Source: Bacillota bacterium | GTDB lineage: Bacteria > Bacillota > JAAYKD01 | Assembly: GCA_963666425.2 (NCBI GenBank) | Contig: OY762825.2 | Location: 480,001-544,000, forward strand | Length of the DNA stretch: 64,000 nt | Reading direction: 5' to 3' | Part shown: positions 50,729 through 59,336 of the stretch, one piece after another | Layout: every line of letters starts with the position of its first letter | Numbering within the stretch: position 1 is the first letter of the stretch | The notes under the pieces: model-generated | Database searches by the model: none | What the model saw: the letters and a program-made list of their open reading frames with translations, nothing else | Told to the model about the DNA's origin: nothing | Program-made: the position numbers and the translations under genes

Positions 50729-52168
50729 TTATTCGGTGAGGTAATCTTTGAACATCAGTAACAATTCTGCTCTGCTGTTGATGCCCAATTTGCGATAGGC
50801 AGAATTATAATAGGTGTTGACAGTAGAGTAAGCAATTGGCAGTATTGCGGAAATTTGGCGCAGCGTGTAGCCACGCAGCAGCAGATCACAGACTTCTGCT
50901 TCGCGCTTGCTTAAGCCGTATGGTTTGAACAAAGCCAATTGATCGCCGCTTACGTCTGTGTAAGCGGAATCTCTCCCCCAATCGTTGACGTATTCCGCCC
51001 GCTCCATCAGCGGTGAAACAAACATAAAAGCAATCATTACTACCGCGGATAGAATGGAAGCGTAAACGGAAACCTGCATCGTACCAATTCGACTGATCAG
51101 ATTACCTAAGACAATACCGGAAATACCGCCGCCGATGCCAATAGAAAAGATGAATAATTTAATATAGCGCAAGCTGTTGTATTTTTTGCCAATCACCCCA
51201 AGGATGTAATACATATTAATCATGCCAACCGTGCTTCCTAAACCCAGTAAAACAGCAAAAGGCAACGCCAGTTGCGGTAGTTGCTGGCTGAATGCGTTGC
51301 ACATCAGTCCAATGGTGACGCTGGAAAAAGTGATGTTTCCCAGCCAGATATATGCTTTTTTTGCATAGGCATAAATCAGCAGATAAAACACGCAGCCCAA
51401 AATGCCACCGAAATAATAACCGGTTAGAATACCGATGTTAATCCCACTGGGCAAAGCATTGAGAATTCCCTTACCCACACCTTTACATAAAATGGCGATA
51501 GCACAGTTGAAAAGCAGTGACAAATAGATACGAGAATTCATGACCGACTGTGTTTCAGGGGGAGTTGAATCCTCATTTTCTGTTGCGGTCTCGTCTGTTT
51601 GCGGCCGAAAAAAAAGAATCATCAGCAGAGAACTGAGCAGCAGTGCACCGGAGAGCAACGGTTCCGTCCAGATAAATAGGTTATTTTCTCTGAATATGGC
51701 AGTAAACTGAATGAGCAGGTTGCTGGCGACCACCGCATAAAGCTTTTCGGTGTTATTGAGCGTGAACACAAACGGAATCAGAATGCAGATGTTAACACAA
51801 CCCATAGCAACAGCACTAACGGTCGCAGCGATTATTCTTATTTGCGGATTAACCGAAATGTAGAAGGCAATCAAACCAGCAAAGATCAGGAGCGCACCAA
51901 TGCGGGCAGCTTTGGCGAACCATTGCCTGCGGATCAGAAAAACAAACAGCGCCGAAGACAACAGGATGGTGATATGCATCAGATTTCGGATTTGTTGATC
52001 AAAAGCGGTATCCCTGAGGGGAGAACCCAACCACCAGGAAGCAAAAATGCCGATCCAGGCATAATACAACACCCAGATGGCAAGGTAAGGTAGATTTTCC
52101 AGGCGAAGGCCATGCGGATGAACTACATTTTCCGGGGGCAATTGATATTTCATTGTCGTTTCCTGCAA
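50729..52168 (-). CDS. Polytopic (MFS-like) membrane sensor fused to a C-terminal LuxR HTH
   Basis: About 12 TM segments, then LSKREAEV...G.TL...YSTV......YRKLGI.SR.EL. Confidence 0.85.
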   Translation of the reverse strand: MQETTMKYQLPPENVVHPHGLRLENLPYLAIWVLYYAWIGIFASWWLGSPLRDTAFDQQIRNLMHITILLSSALFVFLIRRQWFAKAARIGALLIFAGLIAFYISVNPQIRIIAATVSAVAMGCVNICILIPFVFTLNNTEKLYAVVASNLLIQFTAIFRENNLFIWTEPLLSGALLLSSLLMILFFRPQTDETATENEDSTPPETQSVMNSRIYLSLLFNCAIAILCKGVGKGILNALPSGINIGILTGYYFGGILGCVFYLLIYAYAKKAYIWLGNITFSSVTIGLMCNAFSQQLPQLALPFAVLLGLGSTVGMINMYYILGVIGKKYNSLRYIKLFIFSIGIGGGISGIVLGNLISRIGTMQVSVYASILSAVVMIAFMFVSPLMERAEYVNDWGRDSAYTDVSGDQLALFKPYGLSKREAEVCDLLLRGYTLRQISAILPIAYSTVNTYYNSAYRKLGINSRAELLLMFKDYLTE

Positions 52169-52264
52169 AATGATTCCTCCTTGTTAGCAGCACGGCATTG
52201 GTAAGGTTTGGCTAATGTTATAAGGAAAATACGGAATGGAAAACGGAGCCACAAAGAATGAAGA

Positions 52265-52930
52265 ACCAGGGATGGGGGATGGGGGATGGGGAACGGGGTG
52301 ACGGGATGACGGGATGACGGGATGACGGGATGACGGGATGACGGGATGACGGGATGACGGGATGACGGGATGACGGGATGACGGGATGACGGGATGACGC
52401 GGAATGGTCAAGACCATTCCCTACCTTGCACAATGTTCATGACAAATCTGCAATGGATGTATAAAACGCCAAAGCACGCTGGGTAGAAATGATAAAACGC
52501 AATGGTAAACCGCAAAACCACATTGGGATACCATCAAAATACATTGGGAAAACGATAAATCACGTTGGAATACCATCAAAATACACTGGGAAAACGATAA
52601 ATCACAATGCTAAACCGCCAAACCACATTGGGATACCACCAATATACATTGGGAAAACGATAAATCACGTTGGTAAACCGCAAAACCACATTGGGATACC
52701 ACCAATAAACATTGGGAAAACGATAAATCACGTTGGGTAAATGTAGGGAACGGTCTTGACCGTTCCGCAACGTATCGCATTAATTAGCTTAATAGGCTAA
52801 CGGTTGCGTAGGATGGGAACGAGGTTACAAAAAACGAGAGACAAGGTTACGCGGAATGGTCAAGACCATTCCCTACCTTGCACAATGTTAATGACAAATC
52901 TGTAATGGATGTATAAAACGCCAAAGCACG
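52265..52930. repeat. REP composite: (TGACGGGA)12, 3 REPs and a 21-bp array
   Basis: 8-mer at 52299-52394; REPs at 52399(-), 52743(+), 52851(-). Confidence 0.93.
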
Positions 52931-52978
52931 CTATGTAGTTGTAAGGATGGTTTGGTTACATGCGCTCCACATCACTAC

Positions 52979-53455
52979 TCATCGAGGGGAATAATGCTCA
53001 TCGTCTTCCCACTTCAATGGATTTTCATCGATATATTGCCAAACGCCTAAATATCCTTTTTCGTCGCGGATGACATGATCATAAAACGACTTTTGCCAAA
53101 TTTCCGCATTCGGATTTGTTTCGTGAATTCGTTTGGAAACACCAGCTTTATACAAACCAACAATGGTAGACAAATTTGGAAACGATGTTGATTGTTCCAC
53201 TGTATCGTTGCACCCGATGATAACGATTGCATGCACATGATTTGGCATAATAACATATTTATCAATTTGCACACCATCAAAATGCGCTGCAATTTTCAAG
53301 ATTTCCGCTTCGGCAATTTCACCATATTCGTTGAGCGCATTAATCCCGCCGAATAAATGCGCTTTTTTGTGTGTGCATAGAGTAATATGGTAATAGTTTT
53401 GATTTGAATAATCATAATCCGGCAATCGAGGTAATTTTCGATTTGGCAAGTCCAT
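52979..53455 (-). CDS. REP-associated tyrosine transposase (RAYT; HUH Y1 nuclease)
   Basis: RK..RL..YDYS, YHIT.CT, MPNHVH (HUH), WQKSFYDHVIRD, YIDENP; GGAGG RBS; REPs on both sides. Confidence 0.92.
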   Translation of the reverse strand: MDLPNRKLPRLPDYDYSNQNYYHITLCTHKKAHLFGGINALNEYGEIAEAEILKIAAHFDGVQIDKYVIMPNHVHAIVIIGCNDTVEQSTSFPNLSTIVGLYKAGVSKRIHETNPNAEIWQKSFYDHVIRDEKGYLGVWQYIDENPLKWEDDEHYSPR

Positions 53456-53529
53456 ACAGTAAAACCTCCGATTCGAAACGGGAAAACGTGGGAGCGGGGC
53501 GAGGTTGTGGTAAAACAAGACTGTGGGGC

Positions 53530-54126
53530 GAAGAACGAGGAACGAGGAACGAGGAACGAGGAACGGGGAACGGGGAACGAGGAACGAGGAACGAGGAACG
53601 GGGAACGAGGAACGGGGAACGAGGAACGAGGAACGAGGAACGAGGAACGGGGAACGAGGAACGAGGAACGGGGAACGGGGTTACGCGGAATGGTCAAGAC
53701 CATTCCCTACCTTGCACAATGTTCATTACAAATCTGCAATGGTATATGTGAGGGCTACAAGGTACGAGGTTACAAAGAACAAGGAACAAAGAACGGGGAA
53801 CGAGGAACGAGGTGACGCGGAATGGTCAAGACCATTCCCTACCTTGCACAATGTTCATTACAAGTCTGCAATGGATGTATAAAACGCCAAAATACATTGG
53901 CAAAACGATAAATCACGCCAAACAGCATTGGGAAACCATCAATATACATTAAAAAACCGATTAACCACATTGGGCAGATGTAGGGAACGGTCTTGACCGT
54001 TCCGTAACGTCCCGCATTAATTAGCTTAATAGGCTAACGGGTAAGTGGCATGGGAACGAGGGATGAAGAACGAGGTTATGGGGAACGAGGAACGGGGTTA
54101 CGCGGAATGGTCAAGACCATTCCCTA
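53530..54126. repeat. REP composite: about 21 x GGAACG(A/G) heptamer and 4 REPs
   Basis: Heptamer at 53533-53680; REPs at 53685(-), 53817(-), 53980(+), 54102(-). Confidence 0.93.
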
Positions 54127-54139
54127 TCACTAGAATTTT

Positions 54140-55138
54140 TCAGACAAGCGCATTAATCTCAGCTTCCATTCGTCGCAGTGTAAACATGATTTCTTCAAAG
54201 CTCGGTGACGCTCCGAAGATCATATTTTTCATATGCTCATAGCCCTCTGCAAGAATGGGAATGCAGTCTTCTGGCGGGATCAACCGGATTGTGCCGGGGT
54301 GAGCCATGTCATATCTTGCAGCGTTGGTCGGATAGAAGCGAGCTTTAAATGCTACGACGTGCTCCAAAAGCGGTAAATCGGCATAGGCCTTTGCTTTCAC
54401 AGGAGACTTATCTATACAGTATAGGTCGTAATAATGCCGCGAATAGCGGCTGGAAAATTTGTCTTTAGCACGGAACGCCTCTTTATGAAGGATAGTCACC
54501 TTCTCCCAAAAAGTGCGCTCCGCCATGACGGTCAGAACGCTTGTAGAGGAAGTCTTGAAAGTATGCGGATATCGTTCCGCGGCGTATGAAGTAATTGTGG
54601 TGGTCTGCGTTGGTGTCCATGCCACCAGAGCGCCAATTTCCATGCGTACAACACTCACGATTGCGTTATCGTCAAAAATCCTAGGGTATGCAAAACACAC
54701 GGTCTGCGGCTCGTTGTCGTCTATAAAGAGCTCGAAGGGATCTGACAACTGCAGTGCAAAATCCACTTTAAGGCGTGGCAGAAAAACATCTTTTAGAAAG
54801 TTGCCGGTTCTGATGTCCATGTCTTTATTAAACTTATCCTGCCTGGTTTTAGTGCGTTCATTCCATGGTTCTGAATCAGCAAACCCAAGGACTCGCCAGT
54901 CGAGGATGATGTCGATATCCTCAGAAAAACGCTCAATCAGCTTATAGCACTTAGAGAGGCTGGTACCTCCCTTGAATGCCATATGCTTTGCCCATGGGCT
55001 TTGATGAAACAAGTAGCCCAGTACCCAACATACCCAAAAGTCTTTTTCTGCCATTGCCTCTGGCAGTTTAATGTCATGAGCCGTTGCGAGAAAGAGTTCC
55101 TCGCGCTCATCGCGGCTGAGTTTTGCGACACTATTCAT
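54140..55138 (-). CDS. AbiEii-family nucleotidyltransferase toxin (type IV TA)
   Basis: EKD, FKGGTSL.K, RFSEDID, ERTFWEK, RHYYD. Confidence 0.9.
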   Translation of the reverse strand: MNSVAKLSRDEREELFLATAHDIKLPEAMAEKDFWVCWVLGYLFHQSPWAKHMAFKGGTSLSKCYKLIERFSEDIDIILDWRVLGFADSEPWNERTKTRQDKFNKDMDIRTGNFLKDVFLPRLKVDFALQLSDPFELFIDDNEPQTVCFAYPRIFDDNAIVSVVRMEIGALVAWTPTQTTTITSYAAERYPHTFKTSSTSVLTVMAERTFWEKVTILHKEAFRAKDKFSSRYSRHYYDLYCIDKSPVKAKAYADLPLLEHVVAFKARFYPTNAARYDMAHPGTIRLIPPEDCIPILAEGYEHMKNMIFGASPSFEEIMFTLRRMEAEINALV

Positions 55139-55148
55139 AGTCGCCCTC

Positions 55149-55754
55149 CTAACATATTTTTCGTATGAGATCATAAACCCACGACGTGATACGCTTTGAC
55201 TCATTCAGCATTTGTGCTTTTTCATCATCGGATAGGAGTTTCGAGATACCTAGTAGCTCTTTGTCAGTGACGCTGCCTTTGCCCAGTGCTTTCAATGCCT
55301 GGACTACGAGCGCGGTTTTATATGATATGTTTATAAGCTCATTTTTGTTGTCTGTGTGTTTGAATTTCAACATCATTCCATTCACTTCATAGACCTTATA
55401 CGGACCGTCGCTGACATAAAGCCAAACAGCGGGAACTTGTGTCGATAAACCCAGCATATTCAAAGCGGTATCACCGTAGGGGACAATTGTCCAACCGTAG
55501 TTACGGGCTATCGCTTTGGCGATGTCATCTGTGCGTGGTGAAACGTACTTGTTCAGGAGTTCGCTAAAGCGGGGTTTCACATAGATACCGCGCATGATGC
55601 GCTGCAGATCTCCCGTTTCTTGGAGACGATCTAGACACATATTTATTTTAACAGATTCAGCAATGTCGAAAAAATCAGATGGAATAAAAACGGCACCTTG
55701 TTTTGCATCCTGTATACGTTTTTTTACTTGCTCCAAATAATCTGGGCGCTTCAT
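55149..55754 (-). CDS. AbiEi-like antitoxin (DUF6088)
   Basis: L.RL...G.L.RI.RGIY, G.TA.N.LGLSTQVP...Y.SDGP; upstream of AbiEii. Confidence 0.85.
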   Translation of the reverse strand: MKRPDYLEQVKKRIQDAKQGAVFIPSDFFDIAESVKINMCLDRLQETGDLQRIMRGIYVKPRFSELLNKYVSPRTDDIAKAIARNYGWTIVPYGDTALNMLGLSTQVPAVWLYVSDGPYKVYEVNGMMLKFKHTDNKNELINISYKTALVVQALKALGKGSVTDKELLGISKLLSDDEKAQMLNESKRITSWVYDLIRKIC

Positions 55755-55770
55755 ATGCTCACCTCGTTTC

Positions 55771-55808
55771 GTTATAAAAAGTATATACTATTTATAACCA
55801 ATAATCAA
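55771..55808 (-). promoter_or_regulatory. abiE promoter with a 28-bp operator palindrome
   Basis: TTGATT-17-TATACT; GTTATAAATAGTATATACTTTTTATAAC overlaps the -10 box. Confidence 0.7.
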
Positions 55809-55954
55809 GATTTTATGTGAGAAATTTATATTGTCAAAAAACACATCATTGAATTATTCCATTTTCAATGCCGATATTTCGTTACGGGATTGGGTTTTTA
55901 ATTGAATAATATCAGCATTTATTGCATCGAAACGATTTAGTCATAAGTGGCGAA

Positions 55955-56830
55955 AGGGGGTGACGCGGAATGGTCAAGACCATTCCCTACCTTGCACAAT
56001 GTTTATAACAAGTCTGCAATGGATGTATAAAACGCCAAAATACATTGGCAAAACAATAAATCACATGGGTCAAAACGCAAAACCACATTGGGATACCACC
56101 AATATACATTTAAAAACCGATTAACCACATTGGGCAGATGTAGGGAACGGTCTTGACCGTTCCGCAACGTATCGCATTTATTAGCTTGATAGGCTAACGG
56201 GTACGTGGTATGGGAACAAGGTTACGGGGAATGAGGAGCGAGGAACGGGGTGACGCGGAATGGTCAAGACCATTCCATACCCTGCACAATGTTCATGACA
56301 AGTCTGCAATAGTATATATGAGGGTTACAAGGTACGAGGTTACAAAGAACGAGGAACAAAGAACGGGGAACGAGGGATGAAGAACGAGGAGCGAAGTTAC
56401 GCGGAATGGTCAAGACCATTCCCTACCTTGCACAATGTTCATGACAAATCTGCAATGGATGTATAAAACGCCAAAATACATTGGCAAAACGATAAATCAC
56501 ATGGGTCAAAACGCCAAACAACATTGGGAAACCATCAATATACATTAAAAAACCGATTAACCACATTGGGCAGATGTAGGGAACGGTCTTGACCGTTCCG
56601 CAACGTATCGCATAAATTAGCTTGATAGGCTAACGGGTACGTGGGTTGGGAACTAGGGATGAAGAACGAGGTTACGGGGAACGAGGAACGAGGTGACGCG
56701 GAATGGTCAAGACCATTCCCTACCTTGCACAATGTTCATTACAAATCTGCAATGGTATATATGCAGATTAAGAGGAACGAGGGACGAAGAATGAGGTTAC
56801 AGGGAACGAGAGACGATGAACGTGGTTACG
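55955..56830. repeat. REP composite (6 REPs) adjacent to the tRNA 3' end
   Basis: REPs at 55965(-), 56140(+), 56255(-), 56401(-), 56576(+), 56698(-). Confidence 0.92.
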
Positions 56831-56851
56831 AAAAACATGGTTACACGAATT

Positions 56852-56890
56852 GAAAGCCCGTCTGAATTGTAATAATTCAGACGGGTTTTC
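56852..56890. terminator. tRNA terminator
   Basis: GAAAGCCCGTCTGAATT-GTAAT-AATTCAGACGGGTTTTC. Confidence 0.8.
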
Positions 56891-56893
56891 TGT

Positions 56894-56969
<76 letters not shown>

Positions 56970-57000
56970 ATGTTTATGCAGTTTTGCGGCAACAGTGAGT

Positions 57001-57029
57001 ATTTTAACTTAGAAGCGAAAATTTGTCAA
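57001..57029 (-). promoter_or_regulatory. tRNA promoter
   Basis: TTGACA-17-TAAAAT. Confidence 0.8.
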
Positions 57030-57072
57030 GGGGTTAATGGCAGGAATTTCGCTCTGCCGGTAAAAATCCGCC

Positions 57073-57117
57073 CATCAAAAAGAGGCAAGTTCCGCTGACG
57101 CCTGCCTCTTTTTGATG
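57073..57117 (-). terminator. Terminator after the TraB-family gene
   Basis: CATCAAAAAGAGGCA...TGCCTCTTTTTGATG. Confidence 0.75.
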
Positions 57118-57125
57118 TTTATTGC

Positions 57126-57245
57126 TTAATTCAAATAATCCACCGTATAACCTGCTTCGCTCAGCAGATCCAGAATCATGCAGCTGGGTGGTAAAATGCG
57201 TTGCCCCGGTTATCGCAAAGTAAGTCTTTGAATCTTCTCTCTGCA
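57126..57245 (-). repeat. Diverged tandem duplication of the last about 120 bp of the TraB-family gene
   Basis: Aligns with 57259-57378, with scattered substitutions and one indel. Confidence 0.85.
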
Positions 57246-57259
57246 ATGGGGAGTATTAC

Positions 57260-58648
57260 TTAATTCAAATAATCCACCGTATAGCCTGCTTCGCTCAGTT
57301 GATCCAGAATCATGCCACTGGTGGTAAAGTGCGCTGCGCCGGCTACCACAAAGTAAGTCGTTGAGCCTTCTCCCTCCAGCAAAGAGATGAGGATGTCGGT
57401 CATTGCTTTGTCTCTTTGCCCCAACAACAGGTTGCTGAATTCGTCGTTCGGGTCCACTTCGGTGCCGATGATTGCCTGAAAAGCAGCCAAATCGCCTTGA
57501 ATCCAGGCCTGCTGCATGTTTTTGACCTGTTCGCCGGAATCGGCTGCCGGGTCTTGGCTCAAGGCGCTATCCAGTTGGCTGTTCAAATATTCAGTCTGCA
57601 GCTGCAGAGACATATTATCGAAGAGCTGGCCTTGTTTGGCGTAGCCTTCCAATTGAAACACCTGCTTGCCGTTGACATAGGCGTCCTGCAGGAGTTGGTA
57701 ATCCACGCCCAGCATGGCGGCGACTTGGGCATCTTCGGTATCTTCAGAGGAGCTGGCTGCCAGGGTCGAGACAAGATTTGCTACATACCAGGGTTTGTAA
57801 TTGCTCAGGTATGCTCTGGTGTAGCCAAAAGGCGACAGATAAGCGTCCAATTTTTCCGCGGTGCTCGCATCAATGACATCATAAAGACTTTGTCCGTCCG
57901 GATAAGTCGCCAGCGCCATAAAAACGAGGGAGCCGTTGGGGTCGAATAAATTCACTTCCGCCCAGAGCGAGCTGGCTGTCGCATAGGCATCTTGAATCTC
58001 CTGGCTCAAGGGATACATGGAATAGTCACCGATATGGATCGAACCCAGCAGATAGAGCGTGTTCTCGGCGCTGCTGACCTGCCAGAAAAAACCTTTCGCT
58101 CCGCTGTCGGCTGCTTGGTAGGCGTCGGTAATCAGGCGGCTGGCAAAAATCACCGCTTGTTCCGTTGTGCATTGCCAACCCAGCTGATAATCGCCTGCCG
58201 TTCCGTAGCCCTCTAAGAGACCGCGGCTGCTGAAATATTCCGCTGCCGATGTGGCTGTCTCGTATTCCGGCAGCAGACCGTTCCATTGGTAGCGATCCAG
58301 ACTTTTATAGAGACGCGCGATGACATTGCGTCTGGTTGTGTTCAGATCATAGCTCTCCCGGTAGTTTTCGTTCAGCGGCAGGCCGATTGCATCCAGTTTG
58401 CTTTCAACAGCATCCATCAGTGCGCTCAAGTTGCGCTGTGTAATGGGATAACGGAAGCTCTGATTATACCAGTCGAGCGGGTAGATGCCGTAGGTTTCGG
58501 CGTCCAGCAGATCGTTGACCGCCCAGTTGCTGACGGTCGCATCGGGCTCCTCCGCTGCGGTTACCGTGCCGCCAAAGACGGCGAAAAGCAGCGTCATTCC
58601 CAATGCTAAGAGCAGAATTCTGCGATTCCAATGCAATAATTGTTTCAT
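57260..58648 (-). CDS. Secreted TraB/GumN-family protein
   Basis: Signal peptide; LYLLGSIH, KPW, GVD, LE...Q, FVVAGAAH. Confidence 0.85.
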   Translation of the reverse strand: MKQLLHWNRRILLLALGMTLLFAVFGGTVTAAEEPDATVSNWAVNDLLDAETYGIYPLDWYNQSFRYPITQRNLSALMDAVESKLDAIGLPLNENYRESYDLNTTRRNVIARLYKSLDRYQWNGLLPEYETATSAAEYFSSRGLLEGYGTAGDYQLGWQCTTEQAVIFASRLITDAYQAADSGAKGFFWQVSSAENTLYLLGSIHIGDYSMYPLSQEIQDAYATASSLWAEVNLFDPNGSLVFMALATYPDGQSLYDVIDASTAEKLDAYLSPFGYTRAYLSNYKPWYVANLVSTLAASSSEDTEDAQVAAMLGVDYQLLQDAYVNGKQVFQLEGYAKQGQLFDNMSLQLQTEYLNSQLDSALSQDPAADSGEQVKNMQQAWIQGDLAAFQAIIGTEVDPNDEFSNLLLGQRDKAMTDILISLLEGEGSTTYFVVAGAAHFTTSGMILDQLSEAGYTVDYLN

Positions 58649-58685
58649 AGGAGTTCAGTTCCTTCTTTCGGGTAGTGATTGGTCT

Positions 58686-59336
58686 CTAACTAAAAGTGCG
58701 CAAGGAGCGCAGCGCTTTGGCATAATCCGCGGCGCCAAAAACAGCGGAGCCGGCCACCAGCACATCAGCGCCGGCCTGGATGACTTGTGCCGCATTCTGC
58801 GCGTTGATGCCGCCGTCCACCTGGATCAGGGCATGCGCGCCGCAGGCGTTGATTTTCTGCCGCAGCGCTGTGATTTTTGCCAAGGTAGCCGGGATAAATT
58901 TCTGGCCGCCAAAGCCGGGATCGACCGACATCAGCAAGACGAGATCCAGTTCCGGCAGCAGGTAATCGAGTACGTCAAGCGGCGTATGCGGGTTGAGGGC
59001 AAGGCCGGCTTGCAGGCCAAGTTCTTTGATTTTAGCAATGGCGCGGTGCAGATGTGGCGTCGCTTCCGCATGAATGACCAAAAGGTCGGCGCCGGCAGCG
59101 GCAAATTGCTCGATAAAGCGCTCCGGTTGGGTGATCATCAGATGCACATCCAAAGGGATGTTCACGCGGCCCCGCAGCGCCTGCACAATGGGCAGACCGA
59201 TGGAGAGGTTCGGCACGAACTGTCCGTCCATCACGTCAATATGAATCCAATCGGCGCCGGCGGCAACAACCGCCTGCACTTCGGCTAAAAGGCATCCAAA
59301 ATCGGCCGAGAGGATGGATGGTGCGATCATGGTCAT
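58686..59336 (-). CDS. rpe: Ribulose-phosphate 3-epimerase
   Basis: APSILSADF, HIDVMDG.FVPN, DVHLM, PGFGGQ, VDGG. Confidence 0.97.
   Translation of the reverse strand: MTMIAPSILSADFGCLLAEVQAVVAAGADWIHIDVMDGQFVPNLSIGLPIVQALRGRVNIPLDVHLMITQPERFIEQFAAAGADLLVIHAEATPHLHRAIAKIKELGLQAGLALNPHTPLDVLDYLLPELDLVLLMSVDPGFGGQKFIPATLAKITALRQKINACGAHALIQVDGGINAQNAAQVIQAGADVLVAGSAVFGAADYAKALRSLRTFS

Noticed and set aside
52489-52740. Heptad-repeat protein ORF (GKTINHV/GIPSKYI)
   Set aside because: No convincing RBS, and homologous arrays at 46.5-47.7 and 56 kb have frame-breaking indels, so it is most likely a translation of the 21-bp satellite.
52979-53455. Ordinary IS200/IS605 transposon
   Set aside because: No tnpB; the motifs and the many dispersed GTAG REPs fit the RAYT class instead.
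53296-53882. Short ORFs containing AEWSRPFPT, MVLTIP, GMVKTIPY or (GTRNEER)n, here and in other REP clusters
   Set aside because: These are translations of REP and microsatellite DNA with no coding signals.
57126-57378. DGR template/variable repeat pair (also considered for the wecB copies)
   Set aside because: Mismatches are not adenine-specific and include an indel; there is no reverse transcriptase in the window.
58515-59288. 257-aa plus-strand ORF and other long antisense ORFs (for example 11860-12468, 57416-57949, 59459-60004)
   Set aside because: Shadow frames of well-supported minus-strand genes in GC-rich DNA.
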